40,433 bases of DNA from a virus, in IMG/VR virus record IMGVR_UViG_3300040801_001252, positions 1-40,433 of that record. One strand, written 5' to 3'. The notes below the pieces were generated by a model. It worked only from the letters and a program-made list of their open reading frames with translations. It was not told the DNA's origin and did not search any database. This document shows positions 7,596 to 14,690 of the stretch, piece by piece. The position numbers and the translations under genes are program-made. Within the stretch, counting starts at the first letter, position 1. Each line of letters starts with the position of its first letter.

Positions 7596-7910
7596 TCAGA
7601 GGGCGGCCAGTTCGGCGAACTCGGCGGCGGCGTAAAACGCGGCGACCCTTTCGGCGCCGGCTTTTGCGGTAACAACCCCGGCGAACTCGTCGGACATGCT
7701 GAACTCGATCTCGGCGTCGGGGTTCACGGCGCGGAAAAACTGCACCGCGCGGCCAACGTGAAGCGGCCCGGTCGCGGCAACGATGATCGCGTGGTGCTCG
7801 AACACGTCGAGGCCCGAGACCAACTCGTCGCCGTGATAGACGTAGGCGCGGATCGTGAGTTTCTCGCCCTTGAGGATTTCGTAAGCGCGGATTTCGATGC
7901 GAGTGGTCAT
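7596..7910 (-). CDS. Hypothetical protein (104 aa), first gene left of the palindrome
   Basis: ATG at 7910 (MTTRIEIR...) with AAGGAGA 7 nt upstream. The longer track ORF (to 8036) runs through the inverted repeat and is rejected. Confidence 0.55.
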   Translation of the reverse strand: MTTRIEIRAYEILKGEKLTIRAYVYHGDELVSGLDVFEHHAIIVAATGPLHVGRAVQFFRAVNPDAEIEFSMSDEFAGVVTAKAGAERVAAFYAAAEFAELAAL

Positions 7911-7929
7911 GTCGTTGTCTCCTTGAGTT

Positions 7930-8037
7930 GATGACCTCTTTTCGCATATCCTTTTACGGGGGTCAACAGGAAAAAACACCATGCAAGGCTTTTTATTGTG
8001 TTGACCCCCGCAAAAGGATATGCGAAAAGAGGTCATC
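7930..8037. repeat. Large inverted repeat: 39-bp arms (7930-7968 and 7999-8037, 38/39 complementary) around a 30-nt A/T-rich spacer
   Basis: The left arm gatgacctcttttcgcatatccttttacgggggtcaaca is the reverse complement of the right arm tgttgacccccgcaaaaggatatgcgaaaagaggtcatc, apart from one position (7956/8011). Each arm carries an outward-facing TTGACC at its inner end. Confidence 0.95.
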
Positions 8038-8068
8038 GAAACGAGCTAGACACCAAGGAGCTACCGAC

Positions 8069-8482
8069 ATGCCGAGCATTGCATCCATGAACAAAGCCGC
8101 CGCCCGCGCCGCCGCCGAGCGTGCCCGTCGTTCGGCCATGACCGCCGCCGAGCGCGAGGCAGAAGACCGCGCCGCACGCGAGGCCGACGAGGCGAACCGT
8201 CAAGCCCGCGCGGATCTCTTTGAGGCGCAGCGCGCCGCCAACCGCACCGCATTGCTTGACGCCGGGGTCACTCCCCGCGCATTTGCCGCCGCCCACACGA
8301 TCGCCGACAAGCGCGATCGCGATTTCCTTGACAGCATCGTCGAGCAATTCGGCGAGCGCGATCTTTCGGCAAAGCAGGTCGCCGTGCTCGCCAAGATCGT
8401 CGGCGCCAACATCGCGCCTTCGATCGCGGCGAGCATGCTCACCGCGCGCATGGCCTACAATATGCTCGGCGCGGCCGGCTAG
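8069..8482 (+). CDS. Hypothetical Ala/Arg-rich helical protein (137 aa); lone plus-strand gene inside the minus-strand arm
   Basis: ATG at 8069 with AAGGAG 8 nt upstream. Its stop (TAG 8480-8482) lies 4 nt from the stop of the convergent gene 8487..8933. Confidence 0.5.
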   Translation: MPSIASMNKAAARAAAERARRSAMTAAEREAEDRAAREADEANRQARADLFEAQRAANRTALLDAGVTPRAFAAAHTIADKRDRDFLDSIVEQFGERDLSAKQVAVLAKIVGANIAPSIAASMLTARMAYNMLGAAG

Positions 8483-8486
8483 GCCG

Positions 8487-8933
8487 CTAGGTCAAATCGT
8501 AGAAAAACTCGGATCGCCCTAGCCGCACGGTGGCTAGGGCGATCTTCACGTTTTGGGGGTCGTCTTGGGGCGCGTTCCATTTCTCCCGGGAGAGCCAATC
8601 CTCGACATGCCGGCCGACATAAAAGCTCAGTTGCGGGCCCGAGGTGCCATTGTCGAACAAGACCGGGTCGGCGGCGCGGATCCGCTTGAGCTTCATTAGG
8701 TCGTCGGCGTGCGGGTCTTGGTTGTCGATCAGGAGCTTTCCGTCGAACAGATCACGCATAGCGCCGTCGAGGCGCCCTAGCGCCTCCTCTGGTACAAGGA
8801 GGCCGCGCGCGTCGATCACATCGGACACGAGGTCGATCTCGACCTCGATCTCCCGGCCCACGAGGTTTCCCGTCTCAGGCGACCTCAGGACGGCCGACAT
8901 GCGGGGCGAGCGGTAGCGGTGATAGAATGCCAT
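8487..8933 (-). CDS. Hypothetical protein (148 aa), possibly a T-fold (PTPS/QueD-like) scaffold without the catalytic His residues
   Basis: By-eye pattern similarity to QueD: EIEVEIDLVSDVIDARGLLV...LFDGKLLIDNQDP...TSGPQLSFYVGRHVEDWL. The Zn-binding His residues are not present. Low-confidence fold guess. Confidence 0.5.
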   Translation of the reverse strand: MAFYHRYRSPRMSAVLRSPETGNLVGREIEVEIDLVSDVIDARGLLVPEEALGRLDGAMRDLFDGKLLIDNQDPHADDLMKLKRIRAADPVLFDNGTSGPQLSFYVGRHVEDWLSREKWNAPQDDPQNVKIALATVRLGRSEFFYDLT

Positions 8934-8937
8934 TGGG

Positions 8938-9657
8938 TCAGCCTCTCTTGTGATATTGCCCGGGGTAGGGCAGAGCGTGGAACTTGCGCCACTGAGGGAA
9001 CGCGCTCTCGATAGTCCACTCGTTCACGTCGGGGAGGCGCTGCGCTACCTCGCCGCGACGCGGTACGCGGCCGAGCGTGCGGTAAAGCACATCGGCCATG
9101 TCCCACACCTCGCGGGCAAAGGAGCCCTCGGACGGCTCGCTTACCCCGTTGCACACACGTACGGCCGAGGGGCGATCGTGCGCCTTTAGAGCGATCGGAG
9201 AGCGCCGAGCCCGGGACCGGGAGACCCTGACCGAGGTGGGGAGGCCCTTGTCGGCTCGAAACTGAGGATAGATCGTTTTCGCCGTGTTGAAGGTGACGCC
9301 TCGGGCGACGCACTCCTCGATCGCCGCCTTGCGCTCGTCGATCCGGCCGTCGCGCCAGAACTCCTCGAACACCTCGCGACAGACGGCAAGCGGTCGCTCG
9401 ACCTTCGACGGGTTTTGTATCTCGCGGGCCTTTACAGGCGGTAGGAGTGGCGCAGAGGGCGACGGGCGCCCCGGGGTCTTGACCTCGCACCCGTCAAGCG
9501 CACGGCGCTGTGTCGGCGTGAGCGCGGCCTCATAGACCCACACGGTAAGCGACAGGTCGAACTCGATCTCGACGCGAGCTTGCGGCACGTCGCGCTCGAT
9601 CCGGTTCTTAGCGCGCTCGGCGGCGGCGTGGGATCTGTAGCGGCGAACGGACCTCAT
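8938..9657 (-). CDS. Hypothetical protein (239 aa) with two copies of a ~50-aa module ending in PQ[FW]R
   Basis: Module 1 is REVFEEFWRDGRIDERKAAIEECVARGVTFNTAKTIYPQFRADKGLP and module 2 is REVWDMADVLYRTLGRVPRRGEVAQRLPDVNEWTIESAFPQWRKFHALP. ATGA overlap with the upstream gene. Confidence 0.55.
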   Translation of the reverse strand: MRSVRRYRSHAAAERAKNRIERDVPQARVEIEFDLSLTVWVYEAALTPTQRRALDGCEVKTPGRPSPSAPLLPPVKAREIQNPSKVERPLAVCREVFEEFWRDGRIDERKAAIEECVARGVTFNTAKTIYPQFRADKGLPTSVRVSRSRARRSPIALKAHDRPSAVRVCNGVSEPSEGSFAREVWDMADVLYRTLGRVPRRGEVAQRLPDVNEWTIESAFPQWRKFHALPYPGQYHKRG

Positions 9658-10226
9658 AGCTTATACCCCCATATCTCGAAATCGAACCAGAACCGACGGC
9701 GCACCTCGTCGATAAGCTCGGTATCAAACCCGCCGGTGTCGCGCAGGTAATAGGCCGCGTGGCCTCCTGAGCGCGGGCTCTGGTTCGTGCGTGCCAGCGT
9801 CGCCGGCCGGTCAAGGTGCCAGAGGGCCCACTTGTCGAACTCCTCGTTGAGGGTTTCGAACCGAAACACCTTGTTGCACCCGGCGAGCCATTCGATTTGC
9901 GGTGTGCGCAGGAAATCGACCTCGCAAGGCCGCGCGCCGACTTTCCATTCGTCGTGTAAGACCCACGTACGAAAGTCGGGAAGCGATCGACGCTGGCGCA
10001 GGTAGCACCACGCCGACACGAGCCGGTCGTAGGGATTGCGCACAACGCCGAGGCGGTGGAGCTTGAGCGGCACGATCCCGGCGCGCGGGATGAAATGCTT
10101 GCTCGGCTTGCCGGCGGGCAGATCTCGCGGGTGTTGCGGATTGGTGAACGGCAAAAGGGCGTCGGTGACGGCCGACGAGGCCGCCCTTGGGTTCTGCACG
10201 AAAGACCAATCCTTACCGAAAATCAC
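9654..10226 (-). CDS. Sulfotransferase-family protein (Sulfotransfer_2-like)
   Basis: 190 aa. VVRNPYDRLVSAWCYL matches the 3'-phosphate-binding RNPxDRxxS motif. The N-terminal FVQNPRAASSAV aligns with the 5'-PSB motif FxHIPKTAGTS, with Arg in place of the Lys. GTGA overlap upstream and ATGA overlap downstream. Confidence 0.6.
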   Translation of the reverse strand: MIFGKDWSFVQNPRAASSAVTDALLPFTNPQHPRDLPAGKPSKHFIPRAGIVPLKLHRLGVVRNPYDRLVSAWCYLRQRRSLPDFRTWVLHDEWKVGARPCEVDFLRTPQIEWLAGCNKVFRFETLNEEFDKWALWHLDRPATLARTNQSPRSGGHAAYYLRDTGGFDTELIDEVRRRFWFDFEIWGYKL

Positions 10227-10618
10227 GAGACGTACCCTTTCACGTTCGGGTCGGCGAGAGGCAGAACCTCGACAACGGCCGTTCTGTAGCGGCTAGGATC
10301 CGAGCGCCTTATCTGGCGGGCGACCCGGATGCGCACGATCGAGCCCACGCAATCTTTCAACGTAACGGCGTCGCATGCCTGCAAGATCGCGGCGGCCTTC
10401 CGCTCTTCCTCGGCGGCCGTGACCGGGTTCACGCTTTGTAAGTCAAACCAAGCCCGCGCGATGCGACCTCCGAGGCCAGCTTGCGGATGGTCTTTCGGGG
10501 GGTCGGTGAGCCGAAAATACACAGTCGTCTCCTTGTCGTCTTCGACTATGGCCGCGACCTCGGCTTGATACTCGCCCGGGGGGAGTTCGAGACGTGCGTC
10601 GAAATGAGGCTCGCTCAT
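10223..10618 (-). CDS. Hypothetical protein (131 aa), possibly DUF669-like OB-fold
   Basis: LPPGEYQAEVAAIVEDDKETTVYFRL... resembles the LPxGxYxaxI start of DUF669 phage proteins. Weak by-eye call. Confidence 0.5.
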   Translation of the reverse strand: MSEPHFDARLELPPGEYQAEVAAIVEDDKETTVYFRLTDPPKDHPQAGLGGRIARAWFDLQSVNPVTAAEEERKAAAILQACDAVTLKDCVGSIVRIRVARQIRRSDPSRYRTAVVEVLPLADPNVKGYVS

Positions 10619-10770
10619 GGCTTTGCCTCGCGTTCGAGTTTCTCCTCGATCGCCTCGCGGATGAACTCGGCCCGGCGGCCTCTCAGGCTTGGCCGGGGGA
10701 GCTTCTTTAGGGTATCAGCGGTCACGCGAACCGAGATTACCTTTAGCGTCGTATCCTTCTTCTTGGACAT
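10615..10770 (-). CDS. Ribbon-helix-helix (CopG/Arc-like) DNA-binding protein, 51 aa (below the ORF-track cut-off)
   Basis: My translation is MSKKKDTTLKVISVRVTADTLKKLPRPSLRGRRAEFIREAIEEKLEREAKP. This gives a beta strand (ISVRV) followed by two helices. AGGAGA lies 7 nt upstream of the ATG at 10770, and there is an ATGA overlap with the next gene. Confidence 0.6.
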   Translation of the reverse strand: MSKKKDTTLKVISVRVTADTLKKLPRPSLRGRRAEFIREAIEEKLEREAKP

Positions 10771-10780
10771 GCGATTTCTC

Positions 10781-12106
10781 CTATGTCGCCGCGTCTATCA
10801 GCGCATCCTGTAGCCGCCCATGAGCGGCGAGGTTACGGGCTACGTTATCCTCTATTGTATTCTGTAATGCAAGGACTAGCGCCCGTACCTCCTCGGTCTG
10901 ACCCGTACGGGCAAGGCGGCGGTTGCCTTGCTCCCAAAGCTCCTGACTATCTGGCAAGGTGAACCAAACCGAGGTAGAGCACCCGCCGACGTGGAGGTTA
11001 AGCCCATGAGCGGCGCTCTCAGGGTGGACCGCCAAGGTGCCGCCTTCCTTGAGCCAACGCTCGGTGTCTCCGATCTCTAGCAGGCCGTCGATCGCCGCGT
11101 GCATGCGCTCAAGCTCATGCCGGAACCGGTAGAACACGAGGAGCGGGTCGCCTTGCATTTCCTCGACGATCTCGACCAGTGCCTCGACCTTAGCGTCGTG
11201 CACCCGTACCCATTCGGTACGATCGGGGTTCGTGTAGATCGCGCCCGAGCACAATTGCAGGAGCTTGCCCCGGTTCACCGAGGGCTCGACGGCGACGATC
11301 TCGTGCCCGTCGATCGTAACGGTCAAATCCGCTTGCAGGGCCTCGTACGCGCGGCGCACAGAGGCGGGAACCGATACCGGGACCGGAACGACCTTAGCCT
11401 CGGGCGCGGCCGTCTCACGCGGCATAGAGTAGGCATAGCGCACACTTCGCTCTCGGATATCTTTCTCGGCGTCCTTGTACGGCCGCCACACGCGGCGATC
11501 GCGATCGACCGGGTAGAACCAGTTGGCTTTGAAATGGCCCATAGACTGCGCAAGGGGCGTATGCTCGGGCGTTGCACAGGTCACGAACGTTTGACCCCAT
11601 AGGCCGAGGATCGAGTTACCCCGGGGGGTTCCCGTGAGGCCGAAACGAACCGGGATCTGTTGCACCGGCGTACGGACTTTCTTGAACCGCCGGGTTCCGG
11701 GCCATTTCATCTTGGAGACCTCGTCCCACACGAGCGAGGAGAAAGGCCACGGGCCGCCCTTGAGCGTGTCGGCGAGCCACGGCAAAAGCTCGTAGTTGAT
11801 AAGGTAGAAATCGGCCGACCCCGCGAGCAGACGCTCGCGTACCTTGGGCGAGCCGAACAGGAGCACCGGCTCAAGGTGCGCGAGGTGCTCCCATCGGGCA
11901 AGCTCTTGGCGCCAGACAAGCTCGGCGATCCGCTTTGTCGCAACGACGAGCGTAGGGCCCTCGAACATATCGGTGACGGCCGTCGCGGCGACCACGGTCT
12001 TTCCGCTTCCCGGCTTGGCCCACAGGCTCGCGCACCGCCGCCGGATCAGTTCGTCAATCGCCGCGTTTTGCGTTGTCGATAGCGCGTCGCGCTTTAGCAA
12101 TGACAC
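10781..12106 (-). CDS. SNF2-family DNA helicase
   Basis: 441 aa. Walker A AKPGSGKT, DExx box WDEVSKMK, and a helicase-C region (...AAHGLNLH...). GTG start at 12106 with GGAGG 6 nt upstream. Confidence 0.85.
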   Translation of the reverse strand: MSLLKRDALSTTQNAAIDELIRRRCASLWAKPGSGKTVVAATAVTDMFEGPTLVVATKRIAELVWRQELARWEHLAHLEPVLLFGSPKVRERLLAGSADFYLINYELLPWLADTLKGGPWPFSSLVWDEVSKMKWPGTRRFKKVRTPVQQIPVRFGLTGTPRGNSILGLWGQTFVTCATPEHTPLAQSMGHFKANWFYPVDRDRRVWRPYKDAEKDIRERSVRYAYSMPRETAAPEAKVVPVPVSVPASVRRAYEALQADLTVTIDGHEIVAVEPSVNRGKLLQLCSGAIYTNPDRTEWVRVHDAKVEALVEIVEEMQGDPLLVFYRFRHELERMHAAIDGLLEIGDTERWLKEGGTLAVHPESAAHGLNLHVGGCSTSVWFTLPDSQELWEQGNRRLARTGQTEEVRALVLALQNTIEDNVARNLAAHGRLQDALIDAAT

Positions 12107-12365
12107 CGAGAGCCTCCGTTACTGAGCGGCACACGGCAACGGTCTGACCCATCTGCGCGAGTTGCTTGTGCCGAATTTTCTGGTTCGCCCTCAGGCGGCC
12201 GGTGGCGTTCTTGAACTCGATCCACACGACGGCGCCGGGGTAGGCCTTGCCGAGCGGCACGAGGCGATCGGGCCAACCGTCTAGGCCGACCTTGAGCGCC
12301 GTGGTGCCGAGCTTCTGGACCTCGATCACGAACTTAGCCTCGATCGTGCGCTCTAGCGAGTTCAT
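12054..12365 (-). CDS. VRR-NUC domain nuclease
   Basis: 103 aa. GWPDRLV...VVWIEFKNATGRLRANQ fits the GxPD...ExK...Q pattern of VRR-NUC. Adjacent to the SNF2 helicase, as in related phage replication modules. Confidence 0.8.
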   Translation of the reverse strand: MNSLERTIEAKFVIEVQKLGTTALKVGLDGWPDRLVPLGKAYPGAVVWIEFKNATGRLRANQKIRHKQLAQMGQTVAVCRSVTEALGVIAKARRAIDNAKRGD

Positions 12366-12598
12366 GCCTCGACTTTCCGGTAAGCCATGACGTTGTAGGA
12401 GGCACAGATCAACTCGCCGTGCACGAGGCCGAGATCCTTGAGCTTTCTCAGTTGGTGCGAAACCTTCACGGGCGTTGCCCCGGGGAATTTCTTGCGGACC
12501 ACGTTGGACACGTCCAACGAGGTGCGCTCGCGGCCGTCGTCGAGGAGGCGCAGAATTGCGAGCTTTAGATCGGTGTCAGGTATATCCTTGTTCTTCAT
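12362..12598 (-). CDS. Small winged-helix DNA-binding protein (78 aa)
   Basis: ATG at 12598 overlaps the polymerase stop (ATGA). LKLAILRLLDDGRERTSLDVSNVVRKKF...VSHQLRKLKDLGLV is MarR/ArsR-like wHTH. Confidence 0.6.
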   Translation of the reverse strand: MKNKDIPDTDLKLAILRLLDDGRERTSLDVSNVVRKKFPGATPVKVSHQLRKLKDLGLVHGELICASYNVMAYRKVEA

Positions 12599-14595
12599 TT
12601 GCGGTACCTCTCGGTCTGGAATGCATCGGTGGCGAGAGGGAAATCCTCGGTCAGCCACGCGGGGCGGGTTGTCATTTCGCGGGTGAACTCGTCATAGCGA
12701 CCGTCGTCGGCCTCGACGAGTTCATCGTGCACGGTGAGCACAAGCGGGTGCCCGAGGGCGTCAAGGCGCACCATAGCGTCGGCCATGATATCCCGTGCGC
12801 TCGACTGCACAATGTGCCCGGTGAGCGCGCCGCCGTAGATCTTGACCCGGCCGTACCCCGCGCCACCCTTGAGGCGGCCAAAGCACGACCACGACATGCC
12901 GCGCTTGGTTCGCTCGCCCTTCACGTCGTAATAGCGCAGGAGGCGGCCGCTCGGCAGCTTGAGCCAAAAGCGATCGGCCCGGGTGAACTTGATCGAGATC
13001 TTGCCCTTGATAACGACGAACTCGCGGCCGACGTTTTGAGAGGCGTGGGCGAGGGCGTTATCGAGGCGGCGCCAGAACCGCACGACGGCGGGAGCGTTCT
13101 TGCGGTACAGGGCGACCAGTTCGTCGGCCTCCTCGCGCTCGATCTGCACGTCGTAGGTCGCGTCTAGCATGAATTGGAACCCGCTGCCGCCGAGGCCGTA
13201 GCCGCACCCAAGAACAGTTTGCTTTCCCATGAACCGCTCGGATCCGGTGATCTCGTCCACGGGCTTGCCGTAGATCTTGGCGGCCATCATCTTGTAGGGA
13301 TCATCGCCCCGGGCAAACGCGCCGAGGAGATCGTCGTCGCCGACGATCCACGCAAGGAGCCGGGCCTCGATCTGCGAGTAGTCGGCGACGTTGAGCTTGC
13401 GTCCTGTTTCGCAGATCAGGCCGCGCAGAACGTTGGCGATCGTGTCTAGTTCCTCCCCGCCCCATGCAAGCTCGAACACGCCCTCGACCTTGATCGCGTC
13501 GAAAACCGCGTCTTGCTTGGTGCCCATCCCGCGCGGGATATTCTGTGGCTGCACGCCGGATCCGGCAAACCTGAGCGTGCGTTCGGCCGCGCCATACACA
13601 ACGCCGTCGTGCGCTCTCCCGTCGATCGAGGAGCGGGCGAGCATGGCCTTGATCTTGTCTACCGAGGTCTTGGCAAAGGCTTGTCGATCCTTGGCGACAG
13701 CGCGGCGATCGGGGTCGAGGTCGTCACGCTTGAGGTAATCGCGAAGGACGTTCTTCGCGACGCCGGGAAGGCCAAGAAACTCGGCGATCTTGAGCGGTTG
13801 CGTGAGCGTGAAGCCGAATTTCTTTTCGGTCTGGCGCGACATGCGCTCGCGCGTCGCCTCGACGATACGCCACAGGCGCACGGCGGCGTCGCGGTCGATC
13901 GGGAACCCGCGCTCGTTCATGCGGTAGGTTGCATGGTAGACGCGGACCTCGAACGGCGACAGGGCCGGCATGAAGGACATAGCCCGGCGCATTTCGACCA
14001 CGTCCCAACCGCAATAGGTATACATGAGTTCGAAATCGTCGGGCTTGGTTTCGGGCCGCCAAAACTCGTCGGGGTTGCCCTTGGTCGGCTTGCGCGGCTT
14101 GGACAGCTTGAGCATGGCCCGGCGGCCGAGGGCGTCCTTACCGCCGCCAAAGAAGGCCGCCAAGTCGTCGAGGCCGCCGGGCAGGCCGGCCGCACGCGCC
14201 ACGGCGGCGCTATCGACGATACGCTCGACCTCGATATCGACGGCCGCACAGGCCCGGAGGATCTTGGGCTCGAACTCGGCGTTGTGCGCACACAGGAGAG
14301 TGCGCTCGTCGGTCAGAAGGGGGCATGCCTGTGCGAGGGGTACGCCATGCGTCTCGTCCCAATGCTGCACCGGGCCGTCGTCTACCGCCCATCGCGCGCA
14401 CATGATCTCGGTCGAGGGATCGTTCGCGTAGGTGTAGGCGTCCACGTTGCGCAAATTGAGCCTCGACCGTGTCTCAAGGTCGAGGAACAGCACCCGGTGA
14501 AAAGTGCACCCGGTCGCTTGCGAAGCGGCGGCGATATGATCGGAAAAGGGGGTCATGGCTTTGTAGGACGGCCGCCGCATAGAACCGAGAGGCAA
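12595..14595 (-). CDS. Family-A DNA polymerase with N-terminal 3'-5' exonuclease
   Basis: Exo I FLDLETRS, motif A VADYSQIEARLLAW, motif B RFMGKQTVLGCGYG, motif C LTVHDELV. The start is uncertain (TTG 14595, or ATG 14580/14556); none has a clear SD. Confidence 0.9.
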   Translation of the reverse strand: MPLGSMRRPSYKAMTPFSDHIAAASQATGCTFHRVLFLDLETRSRLNLRNVDAYTYANDPSTEIMCARWAVDDGPVQHWDETHGVPLAQACPLLTDERTLLCAHNAEFEPKILRACAAVDIEVERIVDSAAVARAAGLPGGLDDLAAFFGGGKDALGRRAMLKLSKPRKPTKGNPDEFWRPETKPDDFELMYTYCGWDVVEMRRAMSFMPALSPFEVRVYHATYRMNERGFPIDRDAAVRLWRIVEATRERMSRQTEKKFGFTLTQPLKIAEFLGLPGVAKNVLRDYLKRDDLDPDRRAVAKDRQAFAKTSVDKIKAMLARSSIDGRAHDGVVYGAAERTLRFAGSGVQPQNIPRGMGTKQDAVFDAIKVEGVFELAWGGEELDTIANVLRGLICETGRKLNVADYSQIEARLLAWIVGDDDLLGAFARGDDPYKMMAAKIYGKPVDEITGSERFMGKQTVLGCGYGLGGSGFQFMLDATYDVQIEREEADELVALYRKNAPAVVRFWRRLDNALAHASQNVGREFVVIKGKISIKFTRADRFWLKLPSGRLLRYYDVKGERTKRGMSWSCFGRLKGGAGYGRVKIYGGALTGHIVQSSARDIMADAMVRLDALGHPLVLTVHDELVEADDGRYDEFTREMTTRPAWLTEDFPLATDAFQTERYRK

Positions 14596-14634
14596 CGCGG
14601 AGGGTTGGATGCGACCACCTCTCGACGGCCGCCC

Positions 14635-14681
14635 TACAAAACCGCGCGACCCCGGTGACGCGCATCAATCCGGGGTCGCGC
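14635..14681 (-). terminator. 12-bp perfect hairpin with a short U-run between the SSB and polymerase genes (terminator/attenuator candidate)
   Basis: gcgcgaccccgg (14644-14655) pairs with ccggggtcgcgc (14670-14681), with a 14-nt loop. On the minus strand it is followed by GGTTTTGT. It starts 10 nt after the SSB stop. Confidence 0.4.
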
Positions 14682-14690
14682 GCCCCTCGA

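Noticed and set aside
7911-8068. Mirrored N-terminal extensions MTSFRISF... of ORFs 7596..8036 (minus strand) and 7928..8482 (plus strand)
   Set aside because: They are the same peptide read from the two arms of the 39-bp inverted repeat. Good SD/ATG pairs exist downstream at 7910 and 8069.
13513-14658. 381-aa plus-strand ORF, with similar long antisense ORFs at 1477..2388, 24268..24933, 25580..26392, 28009..29031 and 36605..37402
   Set aside because: All lie opposite strongly supported genes (polymerase, endolysin, portal, MuF, capsid, tail). They have Arg/Gly/Pro-rich low-complexity translations, as expected from the antisense of high-GC coding DNA.
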